This document shows, piece by piece, positions 41,267 to 52,709 of a stretch of DNA of 64,000 nt. The translations under genes were made by a program, and so were the position numbers. Within the stretch, counting starts at the first letter, position 1, and each line of letters starts with the position of its first letter. The stretch spans positions 64,001-128,000 of IMG/VR virus record IMGVR_UViG_2880152234_000004. One strand, given 5' to 3'. Source of the DNA: a virus. Lineage: Duplodnaviria > Caudoviricetes. The notes beneath the pieces were generated by a model, which ran no database searches, was not told the DNA's origin, and saw nothing but the letters and a program-made list of their open reading frames with translations.

Positions 41267-42028
41267 TTGATTAGGCAGAGCCAATATTTCATGTTTGATA
41301 ACGTAAAGTCGATCGACTACGGTGTGGAAAACGTTAATACAGAGTCTGGATTAGTTGAGGAATCTTTTTTAGGTTCACGATCAGTTAATGAAACTTATGT
41401 AAAAGGAAGATCAGAGCCGTACACTGAAGGCGTCAAAAGAGAATCAAAACAATTCCCTTTAAACTTTTATGTTGGTGAAAATTATGATGAGAAAAAAATA
41501 AGAGCAATTAAGCGCTGGCTAGATGTCGATGATTACAAACCGTTGGCATTCAGCGAAAATTTAGACATTGTATATTATGCAATGCCTGTGGATACAAGTG
41601 ATTTAGTTCATAATGCGGCAAGACATGGATATGTTCGTTTAACAATGAAATGCAACTCCCCTTATGCATACAGTCGAAACACAAGTACCCATTCCTTTGA
41701 TATATCATCAGAAATGAAAATCATTGAACTCCATAATAAAGGCGATGTTGCGATTTACCCCACTGTTGAAATTCTTAAAATTGGCGATGGCGATGTGAAA
41801 ATCGAGAACCTAAGTGATTATACTGACCCCTTTATTTTCAGCAATCTAAAAGACAGAGAAATGGTTAAAGTGAATGGCGTCAAAGAAATTATTGAATCGT
41901 CTTTATATGGGAATGAAAGATATGATGATTTTAATGACAATTATATTAGATTGGATTACGGAAAAAACCGATTAAAAGTGACCGGAAAATGCAAAGTGAG
42001 ATTCACTTTCAGATTTAAGTATCGATAA
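41267..42028 (+). CDS. yomH: Distal tail protein (Dit)
   Basis: Follows TMP; LTMKCNSPYAYS..HNKGDV..LDYGKNRL. Confidence 0.8.
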   Translation: MIRQSQYFMFDNVKSIDYGVENVNTESGLVEESFLGSRSVNETYVKGRSEPYTEGVKRESKQFPLNFYVGENYDEKKIRAIKRWLDVDDYKPLAFSENLDIVYYAMPVDTSDLVHNAARHGYVRLTMKCNSPYAYSRNTSTHSFDISSEMKIIELHNKGDVAIYPTVEILKIGDGDVKIENLSDYTDPFIFSNLKDREMVKVNGVKEIIESSLYGNERYDDFNDNYIRLDYGKNRLKVTGKCKVRFTFRFKYR

Positions 42029-42040
42029 GAAGGTGAAAAA

Positions 42041-44683
42041 TTGATAACTATTCGCAAGGACACAGAAATAAAAAACATACGCTTATCCCTTGCTAAGCCA
42101 GACAAGACTAAAATAGCCAACATTGATGAAGTTCTGAATCCAACTGTAACTTTAAATCATGGAAGCAGCGTGCACGAACTCTCCTTCTCTATTCCGCTTA
42201 AAGCAACCTATGATGGCATAATTAAAAGAAACCATGTTGTAGATTTACTCAAACCCTGGTATTTAATTAAAACTGAATTTTACGGACTTACTGTTTGGTT
42301 TATTATTACTAAAAGAACTAAGTCACACAGTAGCGATATGGATACAATACAAGTTGAATGTAGGTCACTTCAACATGAATTAAGCAGAATGAGCGTTCTT
42401 AAATATGAGGAGACGTCTAAAAACCTGCAGGAAGTAGTTACAGACTGCTTAAAACATACAAGCTGGACGATTGGATACATAGATACTCTCTTTAACATAA
42501 AACGAAGACAGTTTGATGTATCATCGACTAACAAGCTTGATTTCTTATATTCAATTTGCGAAAAGTTCGATACAATTCCAGTCTTTGATACAGTAAAAGA
42601 AACTGTAAGCTTCTATAAAGAATCTGACATTTCCAAATACAAAGGCCTTAAACTTAACCCCCGACTGTATATGATTAGCATGGACGATTCGGATGATGCA
42701 GATGAATTAATAACAAGACTATATGCTACTGGAAAAGATGGTATCGGTATTAATTCAGTGAACCCAACTGGACAATCCTACATTGATGACTTTTCTTATT
42801 TCCTCTTCCCCTTTCAACGTGACCAACAACGAAATGTTATTTCCCAAAGTGCCTATATGCCAGATGAACTTTGTCATGCAATTCTTGATTACAATGACCT
42901 TGTTAATAACGAAGGAAATGCGTTTAATAAACTCCTCACACAAAAGAACGAAGCTGAAATTAGTTTAACCGAATTGAATAATGAGCTTTACACCCTTGAC
43001 CTTGAAGTCCAAAAGCTATTAGATCGAATTGAAGTTGCGAAGAAATCTGGAGATGACACAAGTCAACTGAAAGCTCAACTCGCCATAAAGCAGAAAGCAG
43101 TAGTAGAAAAGAAAAACCAAATTGCTACGATTGAATCAACAATTTCTCAAATATCTGCTTCAATTTCCAAGCTTAAAAAAAAGCTTTCTTTTGAGAACAA
43201 TTTTAGTGAAAATCAGCAAAAACTGCTCTCACGTTTCATTTCAACAACTGAATGGTCAAATGACAGCATCTATGACGAGAATGAACTTTATGATGATGCT
43301 AATGAAGAACTTGAAAGTCGCAATACACCGCCAGTGAATGTAACACTAGATATAGTGAACTTTTTTAACTGTCTTAGTGAAAAACATAACTGGGATAGGC
43401 TCAGTTTAGGAGACATAGTACGAGTTCAACAGAATGATTTAAATACCGATATTAAAGCCATACTTTCAGCAATAACAATTGATTTTGAACAATCAAATAT
43501 TAGTGTCACAGTTACAAATGGAAAAAGAGTTCAATCTGATTTTGAGAAAATCATAAAGACTGTTTACAGAACAAACAAAATAAGTACTGAACTAAATAAA
43601 AGAAAGATCGAATGGGACAAAGCAACTGAAAACTTCAATATTCGAAATGACAGAATTTCAGTGCCGCCGGCCTCCCCTGCTATTGCTTCTGATGGCACTG
43701 CAATTACCCATAAGGTAAATGATAACGGGTCAGTTGATATTACCATTCAGTGGGACTATGTTGATTCCGATGAGGACAAATACAACATCGATGGATTTGA
43801 GATTTACTTGCACGGTAGTGATGACAATGAAGAGTACACATTTGGCTCAGTGCAAGCTAGCGAGAACTTACAAAATGTTAAATATGACAGACGCACAGCC
43901 ACTTTTACGGGATTACCTTCAAATATGTTCTACACTATTGGTGTTCAAGCTTATCGAAGAGTTGATGCGGATATAGACATAAATCAGATTCTTCTTTCGG
44001 ATATAGTTAAATCGAATCATCCTTCTGAAAACCCCTACCTCCCTTCTCCTTCTGTTGAAGTTAAAGGAAGCCTTAGTGGAAAAGTTAATGGCCTCTATAC
44101 AATCTCTACAGAAACAAAGCCTGAAATCCCTGAGGCAGGAACAATTTGGATTGATCCCAAAACAAATAAACAAGAGCTTTTTAACGGCGAACAATGGATT
44201 GTCTCTTCCTCTGGCTCGGCAGACTCCTTGAACGGATACATAGCATCAACAACTAACTTTCCAAATTCTATACCTGTTCGTAATGACTCAGGTGTAATTA
44301 ATGCCTCTATTGATGGGAATGCAGAATCATTAGGTGGCAGATTAGCCTCAGAATATGCTCTAGTTGAAAGCATTCCAGTCACACCCAAGTTTGCTAAAGG
44401 AACTTATATTGGTGATGGGACTACGAGCAAACTAATCCCTCTCACCTTTTCTCCAGACATGGTCAAGATTACACCTATCTCTTCTGAGGATAGCCAGTTG
44501 GTTATTGAAAGCTCTTCTGGAGGCTATGCATATCAAATAACTTCTTCTGGACTCTCTTTAATAGGAGGAGATTTAAGTTATGGTGCCTTGGGAGACAAAT
44601 TATTTGTAACTGGATCTGATGCTAATTGTAGAGGAAATAAATTAAACGTCAAATATATTTGGGAAGCATACCAACAAAATTAA
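42041..44683 (+). CDS. yomG: Baseplate hub/Tal-like tail protein with FN3 region
   Basis: [11 protein letters not shown] prophage-tail motif; synteny. Confidence 0.8.
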   Translation: MITIRKDTEIKNIRLSLAKPDKTKIANIDEVLNPTVTLNHGSSVHELSFSIPLKATYDGIIKRNHVVDLLKPWYLIKTEFYGLTVWFIITKRTKSHSSDMDTIQVECRSLQHELSRMSVLKYEETSKNLQEVVTDCLKHTSWTIGYIDTLFNIKRRQFDVSSTNKLDFLYSICEKFDTIPVFDTVKETVSFYKESDISKYKGLKLNPRLYMISMDDSDDADELITRLYATGKDGIGINSVNPTGQSYIDDFSYFLFPFQRDQQRNVISQSAYMPDELCHAILDYNDLVNNEGNAFNKLLTQKNEAEISLTELNNELYTLDLEVQKLLDRIEVAKKSGDDTSQLKAQLAIKQKAVVEKKNQIATIESTISQISASISKLKKKLSFENNFSENQQKLLSRFISTTEWSNDSIYDENELYDDANEELESRNTPPVNVTLDIVNFFNCLSEKHNWDRLSLGDIVRVQQNDLNTDIKAILSAITIDFEQSNISVTVTNGKRVQSDFEKIIKTVYRTNKISTELNKRKIEWDKATENFNIRNDRISVPPASPAIASDGTAITHKVNDNGSVDITIQWDYVDSDEDKYNIDGFEIYLHGSDDNEEYTFGSVQASENLQNVKYDRRTATFTGLPSNMFYTIGVQAYRRVDADIDINQILLSDIVKSNHPSENPYLPSPSVEVKGSLSGKVNGLYTISTETKPEIPEAGTIWIDPKTNKQELFNGEQWIVSSSGSADSLNGYIASTTNFPNSIPVRNDSGVINASIDGNAESLGGRLASEYALVESIPVTPKFAKGTYIGDGTTSKLIPLTFSPDMVKITPISSEDSQLVIESSSGGYAYQITSSGLSLIGGDLSYGALGDKLFVTGSDANCRGNKLNVKYIWEAYQQN

Positions 44684-45516
44684 TGGAGGTGATTAATCTG
44701 ACTGATTTTGCTGAGCTATATAACGATCCGATTTTAAGCAAAAAAAGAAAAGGAACAGTTGAAGATCCCTACTTAACATATAATGAATCACTTACGGTTT
44801 ACAATGGTAGAGTTCTTCTAACTGAAGTTCCCAACCGTGAATTCCGGGTCGAAGTTATTGGCGATAACAAAGAATGGCGAGAAATTGAAGATGGTGAACT
44901 TGAAAACAACTATTTTAAAGTTGATTACCTAATGGGTGTTGTATTTTTCAAGGCTACAAATGAAGGAAAATCGCTTACATTCAAATATAGTGGCGAAGGA
45001 GCCTCCTTCTTCCCTGCCTCTCGAATTTGGATTAAACGCCAAGGAAACATGGTTGTCGAAACTCTTCAGGGGCTTATTGATGAAGCCGAAGATGCAATTA
45101 TTCGAATGAATGAGCGAATTGCTGAATGTGAGCGTGTTACAAAACGCTGTATTGAAATTACAAACTGGTGTAGACAAGCTACCTCTGATTATGAGTATGT
45201 TGTTGAAAACACCAGAAAAATATATCTGCCAATGGTTTATACATATAGCGATTTATTGAACACCTACCCTACCCCTCAAATAGGATGGGTTGTCACGGTT
45301 AAAGAATCAGGAATTGAGTATCGATGGGATGGCTTTGACTGGATTAATATTAGTATTTCAGATCAGTTTGATGGCTATGATGTTGTTTGCAGTTATATTG
45401 AACCTTATAACATAAGAACAATATGGCTTAGAACAAATAATGCACCAGTGAAAAAACGAGTAAAGACTTCTGTAGAGACTCCTGATGGCAGCATGATTTG
45501 GATTCGCAGAAGTTAA
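44683..45516 (+). CDS. yomF: Baseplate/tail protein (start ATG 44683 or CTG 44698)
   Basis: TAATG overlap with yomG; GGAGGTG also precedes in-frame CTG. Confidence 0.75.
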   Translation: MEVINLTDFAELYNDPILSKKRKGTVEDPYLTYNESLTVYNGRVLLTEVPNREFRVEVIGDNKEWREIEDGELENNYFKVDYLMGVVFFKATNEGKSLTFKYSGEGASFFPASRIWIKRQGNMVVETLQGLIDEAEDAIIRMNERIAECERVTKRCIEITNWCRQATSDYEYVVENTRKIYLPMVYTYSDLLNTYPTPQIGWVVTVKESGIEYRWDGFDWINISISDQFDGYDVVCSYIEPYNIRTIWLRTNNAPVKKRVKTSVETPDGSMIWIRRS

Positions 45517-45529
45517 AGGAGGTTACATA

Positions 45530-47614
45530 TTGAGCGATAATTTAATTCCTGTAAATACTATGGGTTACTATGATGAAGAAGCCCAAAAATGGATACCTTT
45601 AGATGCAGTAGGTTTAAAATCAAATGACAATAGATACACTGCAGATGATATTCGCAGTAAATTTGATGAATTTAAAAAGAGCACAGACACATTACGAACA
45701 GAGCTTGAAAGCATTGGTGTTAGCATTGCCAAGTTCGGTGCTAAAGGTGATGGAGTAACAGATGATACAGATGCATTTCAAAAAGCTTTAGATATAGGCG
45801 GAAAGGTAATTATCCCATCTGGAACATATCTAGTTGGTCAGCTAAAGATAAACAGCAACACTCACTTCTTTGGTCTAGGAAAAACAACAATTAAGCACAA
45901 CCTATCAACCGGTTGGTCTTCCCCATTTCCACGTGCGATGATTGCAAATTCTAACTTACCTGCATATAAAAAACCAAATGATGCTACCAGAGAATATAAA
46001 ACTGGCTTAAATAAAAATATAATCTTAGAGAACATAACTTTTGATGGTCAGAATCATCCAATCTACGGTATACAGATGGTCGCTGCTGATTATGTGTCCA
46101 TTATAAATTGTGATGTTATCAATACATCTGGAGGTTTAGATTTCCGAGCTGTTAGAGATTCATATGTCAACTTACATTTAGATAACGTTAAAGAAGACGG
46201 CATTTCAATTTCAGATCAGAATTTTAAGCCTTTAACTGGAGAAAGAGGTATTTCTACTCGGGTACTTTTCGAAAAATGTCTAGTTGAAAACTCATGTCTT
46301 GTTAATTCTGACACTCCACCGGATGCAAACGCATATGAATTCGATGATGGCATGTCTCACATCTACCTCTTAAATTGTGGAGCTATAAATAATCATGGAT
46401 CAGGATTTGAAGTTCACGTTCATACTTCAGAATATGATGTTACAGATATCCACTTCATAAACTGCTTCGCAATCAATAATACCCCATCAGCCGGTGTGAC
46501 ACGAACAGTTGCTGGCTTCCACCTTGGTCAAACCCCTCTCGAAAGTAAATTAGGCCGTATTTATTTTGAAAATTGCACATCAATTGGAAGTCCAAATGCT
46601 TTTGCTGGAAGCCCCGGTTCTCAAGAAGGAACTAAAGATGAAATTTTTATACATGGTGGATATTGGGAAGCCGGAAACTTTTACGAAAAAGAAGTAAGAG
46701 ATATGCGTAAAACCGCTATGTTATTGAAGAAACAATTTAATAACTTTGTCATTAAAAACGCTACGATTAAAGCTCCCAAAGACGGATTTGGCATCTATAC
46801 ATATTTAGAAGGTAAAGATTTAACTGTTACTGGGAACAGTTTTAAAGATACCTATATAGCTGCAAGGTTAGGTCATTATGAAGGAGACGTTGTTTTTAGT
46901 GATAATCGAGTAGAACCAGGTGAACATACAACAAGCCCTTACTCTGCTTTTGTTTACGTTAATACTAAAACGGCGATCATTAAAGATAACATCCTTAGAA
47001 TGAATTCAAATGATTACTCTTCTTCAATAGTTAGAATAAACGGTGTAAAACGAAGCATCATTTCGGGCAATACAATTGAAAACACAGGTGCGCTCTATAA
47101 TAATGCTATTCAGGTTGATGGTGTAGGAGAAACAATAGTTGAAAAGAACATAGCAACTAATTTTGAAACAGGCGTATTTATGTCTAACGAATCTGATTCA
47201 GTGATCATAGCAAATAACAGTTTCAAAACATGTACTCGAATCACAAACAGAACAGATGCAAGTTTTTTGATTCTTGGTCAAAATGCTGGTGCTACGATAA
47301 ATAACCCAGGATGGATTAACGCCCAATTAGAAAATGGTTGGCAATCTTTTAGAACCCCTCGCTACACTAAAAACGGAAACATTGTCACTATTTCGGGAGC
47401 AGTTAAATCTGGATCTGCTGGTACCGCAATATTTACTCTACCCGAAGAATATAGACCTACATATGCAGTAACATACACACAATACAATAGTGGAACATCA
47501 ACCAAAAGTGTTGTTATGACAATTAACAACACAGGTACGGTTGTACTCTCTACCTCAATACCAGGAGCTAATACTGATTATGTTTTATTAGATATAACTT
47601 ATACCTTAGGGTAA
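45530..47614 (+). CDS. yomE: Tail spike/receptor-binding protein with pectate-lyase-like beta-helix
   Basis: FGAKGDGVTDDTDAFQKA..IPSGTYL; parallel beta-helix repeats; C-terminal LENGW..FTLPEEYRP. Confidence 0.8.
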   Translation: MSDNLIPVNTMGYYDEEAQKWIPLDAVGLKSNDNRYTADDIRSKFDEFKKSTDTLRTELESIGVSIAKFGAKGDGVTDDTDAFQKALDIGGKVIIPSGTYLVGQLKINSNTHFFGLGKTTIKHNLSTGWSSPFPRAMIANSNLPAYKKPNDATREYKTGLNKNIILENITFDGQNHPIYGIQMVAADYVSIINCDVINTSGGLDFRAVRDSYVNLHLDNVKEDGISISDQNFKPLTGERGISTRVLFEKCLVENSCLVNSDTPPDANAYEFDDGMSHIYLLNCGAINNHGSGFEVHVHTSEYDVTDIHFINCFAINNTPSAGVTRTVAGFHLGQTPLESKLGRIYFENCTSIGSPNAFAGSPGSQEGTKDEIFIHGGYWEAGNFYEKEVRDMRKTAMLLKKQFNNFVIKNATIKAPKDGFGIYTYLEGKDLTVTGNSFKDTYIAARLGHYEGDVVFSDNRVEPGEHTTSPYSAFVYVNTKTAIIKDNILRMNSNDYSSSIVRINGVKRSIISGNTIENTGALYNNAIQVDGVGETIVEKNIATNFETGVFMSNESDSVIIANNSFKTCTRITNRTDASFLILGQNAGATINNPGWINAQLENGWQSFRTPRYTKNGNIVTISGAVKSGSAGTAIFTLPEEYRPTYAVTYTQYNSGTSTKSVVMTINNTGTVVLSTSIPGANTDYVLLDITYTLG

Positions 47615-47622
47615 TAAATAGA

Positions 47623-47650
47623 AGGTAGTCCATGATGTGGACTACTTTAC
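47623..47650 (+). terminator. Terminator after yomE
   Basis: AGGTAGTCCA..TGGACTACTT hairpin followed by T-rich tract. Confidence 0.6.
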
Positions 47651-47748
47651 TTTTAATTCCATTGGGAATATAATGTTAAATGAATAATTTGGTAATATCA
47701 TAGACTGTAATACTTATTATTTAATTGAAACTTTTGGAGGAATACATA

Positions 47749-49392
47749 ATGGCATTGAAGAGTCTACTCTCTTTTAAAAATAAACTTGAAACCAATGTCA
47801 GCAACATTGAGTCAGAAATGACCATGTACAATGAAATGATTGAAGGCATAGATGAAATCGAAACTGAAGACGGCGCTCAACAAAAAATTGATGCACATAA
47901 AAACGAAGACGGATTACATGTTACAAGTTTAGACAGAGAAAAATGGAATTCAGCATATCAAACATCTACGGAAGCAAAAGATACAATTGATCAATTAAGT
48001 TTATCTAATGCTCAATCAAGGCTCACACTTTTAAGTGCATATGATGATATTGAAGCATATCATCCAAAGGTAGTTGGTTTTAAGGAAAGATGGAATGGCT
48101 ACCTTTATTGGATGGCTTTCACTCCATATCCTAAAGGAGCTCAAGCAAAAGAGAATCCTCATATTTTAGTGAGTGACGACATGATTAATTGGTCTGAACC
48201 TAACGGATTTAAGAACCCTCTTGAACCGCAGCCTAATGGAAGTGCAGATAAACAATATAATTCAGATACTCATATGGTCTATAATGACCAATTAAATAGA
48301 TTAGAGGTCTATTGGCGATTTGTAGATGAAGATGCCAAAACCGTGACGATTTTTAGAAAAGTCACAACAGATGGAAAGACATGGAGTGATAAAGAGGTTG
48401 CAATTACTGGAATTAGAAGTGATCGAGACTATATAAGTCCTGCAATTATCTTTGAGGATAATAAATACAAGATGTGGTGCGTTAGTAATGGATACAAAGT
48501 AATTTACTCTGAGAGTGCTACAGGAACAGAGTGGGATGAGTTTAAGGATATTTGTATACCAATGGATATACCAATGAATCTATGGCATCTTGATGTTATC
48601 CATACAGATGTTGGGTATGAGATGGTCGTTACGGCCTTTGTAACTGGCCAAGACAGAAATACAATGACTCTTTACCATTCAGTATCGGTTGACAATGTAA
48701 CATGGTCTTTGGCAAAACCTATACTTAAGCCATCTAACAAGGAATTTGCATGGGATAATCAAGGTATTTATAGAGCTTGCCTAATGAAAATGAATGGCGT
48801 GTACTTCCTTTATTACTGTGGGTCAAGCAAAAAGTGGGATCGTGGTACAGGTTTAAGCTTTGGGACAGATGTTTATAAACTAAAAGGGTTAGACAAAAAC
48901 GATGTCCACATCCTACAAAATGTCAGATCCATTAATATGATTTATAATGCTTTCCTAAGGAACTATGGATTACAAATAGCAGCACTTCAGCCGGACAATT
49001 CAATTTGGAAAGCATGTTTGCGTTTCAGTGGCGCAAATGAAGTGAAATTCGTTAATGATTTTAATGAAAACATTTTAATCAATTTAGCTGTTGATGCATT
49101 GAGAACATCTAATGGAATTAAGTTCATTGGAAAATCAGCTTATTACAATTCTAATGAATTTAAAGTGTATGAACCAGGTAAGGCTAGTATTGTTGGAATC
49201 GGTGCTGCTGATTTCTTAAGACCCAAGAGAGTAAATGATCCAACAAAGTCTGGAGGTCTAGAAATATCTTCAGTTGTCTTTGAGGATAACGGGGTTTGGG
49301 ATGGAACTGAACGTGAAGGTGCAATTAGATATGACAGTACCCGGAAAAAACACGTGGGGTTCGATGGTATTGAATGGCATGATCTATATTAA
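47749..49392 (+). CDS. Accessory virion-type protein with glycoside-hydrolase-like beta-propeller
   Basis: N-terminal GAQQKIDAH..HVTSLDREKWN tail motif; HPKVV..WMAFTPYP..ENPHILVSDDMINW; Asp-box-like TTDGKTW and SVDNVTW. Confidence 0.65.
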   Translation: MALKSLLSFKNKLETNVSNIESEMTMYNEMIEGIDEIETEDGAQQKIDAHKNEDGLHVTSLDREKWNSAYQTSTEAKDTIDQLSLSNAQSRLTLLSAYDDIEAYHPKVVGFKERWNGYLYWMAFTPYPKGAQAKENPHILVSDDMINWSEPNGFKNPLEPQPNGSADKQYNSDTHMVYNDQLNRLEVYWRFVDEDAKTVTIFRKVTTDGKTWSDKEVAITGIRSDRDYISPAIIFEDNKYKMWCVSNGYKVIYSESATGTEWDEFKDICIPMDIPMNLWHLDVIHTDVGYEMVVTAFVTGQDRNTMTLYHSVSVDNVTWSLAKPILKPSNKEFAWDNQGIYRACLMKMNGVYFLYYCGSSKKWDRGTGLSFGTDVYKLKGLDKNDVHILQNVRSINMIYNAFLRNYGLQIAALQPDNSIWKACLRFSGANEVKFVNDFNENILINLAVDALRTSNGIKFIGKSAYYNSNEFKVYEPGKASIVGIGAADFLRPKRVNDPTKSGGLEISSVVFEDNGVWDGTEREGAIRYDSTRKKHVGFDGIEWHDLY

Positions 49393-49451
49393 TTTTTAAG
49401 GCACCTTCTCTAGAGGGTGTCTTATTTAATTGAGGAGGTGTTACGTTCTAG

Positions 49452-49469
49452 ATAAAATATAGATTTTAT
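49452..49469 (+). repeat. Junction motif WTAAAA-N6-TTTTAT
   Basis: (TTCTAG)ATAAAA-TATAGA-TTTTAT. Confidence 0.7.
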
Positions 49470-49588
49470 TCAAAATACATACTTGAAAAACAGAGATAGT
49501 AAGAGCATACGTGAGATAAAGAGAGATTGGGTTAAGTCCCCTTCTCTCTTTTTTGTGCTCAAATTTAATTATTAGGAGAGATGTTTTT

Positions 49589-50659
49589 ATGACAATTCAA
49601 GCGAGACAAATGTTGGTGCCATCAGGTAAATATTCAATTAAATGTCCTTATGCAATGTCGGCAAAGTATATTACTTTTCACAATACAGCTAATGATGCAT
49701 CGGCAAATAATGAAATTACATACATGAGAAACAATAATGCTGAAGTATCTTATCACTTTGCAGTGGATGATAAAGAGGTTGTTCAAGGTATTCCAGTGAA
49801 TCGAAATGCATGGCATACGGGAGATGGATCAGGTGTCAATTCCGGAAACCGTACGTCTATCGGCGTAGAGGTTTGCTACTCTAAATCTGGTGGAGAACGA
49901 TACAGAAAAGCAGAAGCACTGGCAATCAAATTCATTGCACAACTACTTAAAGAACGTGGCTGGGGAGTTGAGCGAGTTAAGAAACACCAAGAGTGGTCAG
50001 GAAAATATTGTCCTCATCGTGTTTTAGATGAAGGTCGTTGGGATGAAGTTAAAAATAAAATTGCTGCCGAACTAAAAGTTCTCGGTGGCAGATCAACTGC
50101 TCCAACAAAAACATCAATCAGACCAACTACATCCTCCCCTTCCTCTTCATCAGCAGCAAGTGGTTCACTAAAATCAAAAGTTGACGGTCTTCGCTTCTAT
50201 TCAAAACCATCTTGGGAAGATAAAGATGTTGTCGGCACAGTAAATAAAGGCATTGGATTTCCTACAGTTGTTGAGAAAGTTAAAGTCGGATCTGCGTACC
50301 AATACAAAGTTAAGAACTCTAAAGGCGCTACATATTACATCACTGCTTCTGACAAATATGTTGATGTTACAGGATCAGTTAAAACCTCTTCTCCTGCCCC
50401 AAAAACAACATCAACTTCTTCAAGCTCCTCATCTATTAAATCCGTGGGAAAAATCAAAATTGTTGGTGTATCAAGCGCAGCAATCGTAATGGACAAACCT
50501 GATCGAAATAGTTCTAAAAATATTGGCACAGTCAAGCTTGGAAGTACTATTTTAATTTCTGGTTCAGTTAAAGGCAAAAACAATTCCAAAGGTTACTGGG
50601 AAGTTATTTATAACGGTAAACGTGGATACATCTCAGGACAGTTTGGTTCAAAAATCTAA
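49589..50659 (+). CDS. blyA: Endolysin, N-acetylmuramoyl-L-alanine amidase with SH3b-like cell-wall-binding domains
   Basis: HNTAN..HFAVD..AWH..HQEWSGKYCP Amidase_2 motifs; C-terminal half BlyA-like. Confidence 0.8.
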   Translation: MTIQARQMLVPSGKYSIKCPYAMSAKYITFHNTANDASANNEITYMRNNNAEVSYHFAVDDKEVVQGIPVNRNAWHTGDGSGVNSGNRTSIGVEVCYSKSGGERYRKAEALAIKFIAQLLKERGWGVERVKKHQEWSGKYCPHRVLDEGRWDEVKNKIAAELKVLGGRSTAPTKTSIRPTTSSPSSSSAASGSLKSKVDGLRFYSKPSWEDKDVVGTVNKGIGFPTVVEKVKVGSAYQYKVKNSKGATYYITASDKYVDVTGSVKTSSPAPKTTSTSSSSSSIKSVGKIKIVGVSSAAIVMDKPDRNSSKNIGTVKLGSTILISGSVKGKNNSKGYWEVIYNGKRGYISGQFGSKI

Positions 50660-50774
50660 ATATATTCAATTATCTCGGAGGGTATTTGTTGATCTAATGT
50701 ATCAGTGACTATCCTCTTAATTTTAGGAGGTGATGTAATGTCACCTTTCTATATTCATTAAAGGTTGGTGACAA

Positions 50775-51167
50775 ATGGATAACTTTGAGCAAAGCACAAT
50801 TTCAAGATTAAGTGCACTAGAAGAAAAAGCAAAACACACTAATAACAAGATTGACTCTCTTGAGGAAAGAACAAATGTTATCGGTCGTATTGCTACGCTA
50901 GTTGAGCAACAAGTCGAAATTAATAAAGACTCTCAAGCACAATCAAGAGAACAGTTCAGTACTCTTAACGAAATGAGTAACAGTTTAAAAAATCTAAGCA
51001 AATCGTATGAAAAACTGGACAATCGAGTTGAAATATTGGAACGCTCTGATTCTACTCGTAAAATTGATCCCTCACAATTCACAAAAGACCTTGTATTCAA
51101 GGTGTTGCCAAGTGTAATTGCCACTATTGTCGGTGCATGGTTGCTCATACATTTTGGCCTCAAATAA
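50775..51167 (+). CDS. Holin-associated coiled-coil protein with C-terminal TM (XhlA/BhlA-like role)
   Basis: Coiled coil plus single C-terminal TM, between lysin and holin. Confidence 0.65.
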   Translation: MDNFEQSTISRLSALEEKAKHTNNKIDSLEERTNVIGRIATLVEQQVEINKDSQAQSREQFSTLNEMSNSLKNLSKSYEKLDNRVEILERSDSTRKIDPSQFTKDLVFKVLPSVIATIVGAWLLIHFGLK

Positions 51168-51187
51168 AATTAACAGGAGACGATTAA

Positions 51188-51439
51188 ATGACTAAAATCA
51201 ACTGGAAAGTAAGACTTAAAAAGAAAACATTCCTTGTTGCGATTTTCTCTGCAACACTGTTATTCACACAAGCAATTGCTTCTGCATTTGGATACGACTT
51301 GACTGTATTTGGTGACGAATTGATAGAGAAATTTAATGCACTTCTAACTTTTTTATCTGCAATGGGTATCATTGTTGACCCAACAACTCAAGGTATTTCT
51401 GATAGTGAACAAGCCATGGGTTATGATTCACCGAGATAA
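51188..51439 (+). CDS. Holin (phi LC3-like family)
   Basis: INWKVRLK..GIIVDPTTQGISDSEQAMGY signature. Confidence 0.85.
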   Translation: MTKINWKVRLKKKTFLVAIFSATLLFTQAIASAFGYDLTVFGDELIEKFNALLTFLSAMGIIVDPTTQGISDSEQAMGYDSPR

Positions 51440-51593
51440 AACCCCCTACCCTTCTCTCGATTGAGGAGGGTATTTTTTTCGTTTTTTTTAAATAAAAAAT
51501 TGCAGAAAACTTTACATCCTTTTACAATTTTTTCAATGACTATGTTATGATTGTTTTCGAGGGATTTTTGAAATTTCAGAAAGAGGGGTTTGT

Positions 51594-52709
51594 ATGAGTA
51601 AGATCGCTTCAGAAGTTGTCGCTACTACACTGAATGACTGGTACATTGCTATAAAAAAGCAAAAGGTTGATGAGTCAATAAAATATTATTCAGAGATAAA
51701 GAAACTTTTTGATGAAATGGAAGAAGATCAAGAAGTTCTTGCGTATTATAGTCTATTAGAAGAAAGACATAAAATGTTGCTGCATTCCTCACGAGGAGAA
51801 CCTTTGCAAAAACACACCTATTTTACTGAAGACAATCAAAACTTCATTAAAAAAACAAATGATAAATTAGAATACAACTTTTATTTATTTGAAGCAATGT
51901 ATGAGGCATACAACAAAAACTATGATCGAGCAATTAACTTATATGGATTAGCTGAGAAAAAGCTTGCAGAAATTCCGGATGAAATTGAAGCTGCTGAATT
52001 TTATTCTAAAGTCTCTTACTTATACACTCTTGTTAAACAAAGCATTGTGGCACAACACTATATAAAAAATGCAATTTCGATATATAAGCGACACCCTGAT
52101 TATAAATGCAAACTTGCTACATCAACAATGATTGCAGCTGCAAACTATGCTGATATGAAACGATTTGAGGAAGCAGAGAAATATTACTTAGAAGCAATTG
52201 ATATTGCAGTAGAAACAAAAGATGAATTTTTGAAAGCTCAATTATTTCACAATCTTAGTATCGTTTATTCTGATTGGAACAAACCTGATAAATGCATTGA
52301 ATCACTTGAAGAAGCAATAGGAAATGAATCTTGGGTAAATTCAATTTATTATTTAAACTCTTTATTCATGATGATTAAAGAACTCTTTAAAATTGACGAA
52401 AAAATGAAAGCCATTAATTTTTACAATAAAGCACAGGAAAGACTCATATTAATGGAGAATAAAGTATACGAAGCCAAAATCAGCGTCCTGTATAACCTTT
52501 ATTGTGGGGAATTAAAAAATAATTTCATCAATTGTATTAGTAATATTGAGTTTTTAAAACAGCAAAATGAACTTGAAAGTGTAGATGAATTGTCCTACAT
52601 AGCTGCAAAAAGGTTTGAATCAATAGGTGCTTTTGAAGAAGCAACAAGCTTTTTCAATGCGAAAATTTGGGCTGAACAGAAAATGAACCAGGTGGAGGGA
52701 ATCTTATGA
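51594..52709 (+). CDS. rapK: Rap-family TPR regulator RapK
   Basis: MSKIASEVVATTLNDWY..MEEDQEVLAYYSLL; matches recalled RapK sequence. Confidence 0.9.
   Translation: MSKIASEVVATTLNDWYIAIKKQKVDESIKYYSEIKKLFDEMEEDQEVLAYYSLLEERHKMLLHSSRGEPLQKHTYFTEDNQNFIKKTNDKLEYNFYLFEAMYEAYNKNYDRAINLYGLAEKKLAEIPDEIEAAEFYSKVSYLYTLVKQSIVAQHYIKNAISIYKRHPDYKCKLATSTMIAAANYADMKRFEEAEKYYLEAIDIAVETKDEFLKAQLFHNLSIVYSDWNKPDKCIESLEEAIGNESWVNSIYYLNSLFMMIKELFKIDEKMKAINFYNKAQERLILMENKVYEAKISVLYNLYCGELKNNFINCISNIEFLKQQNELESVDELSYIAAKRFESIGAFEEATSFFNAKIWAEQKMNQVEGIL
52433..52460 (+). promoter_or_regulatory. SigmaH-like internal promoter for phrK
   Basis: ACAGGAAAG-12 nt-GGAGAAT inside rapK 3' end, close to the sigmaH consensus. 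Confidence 0.55.
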
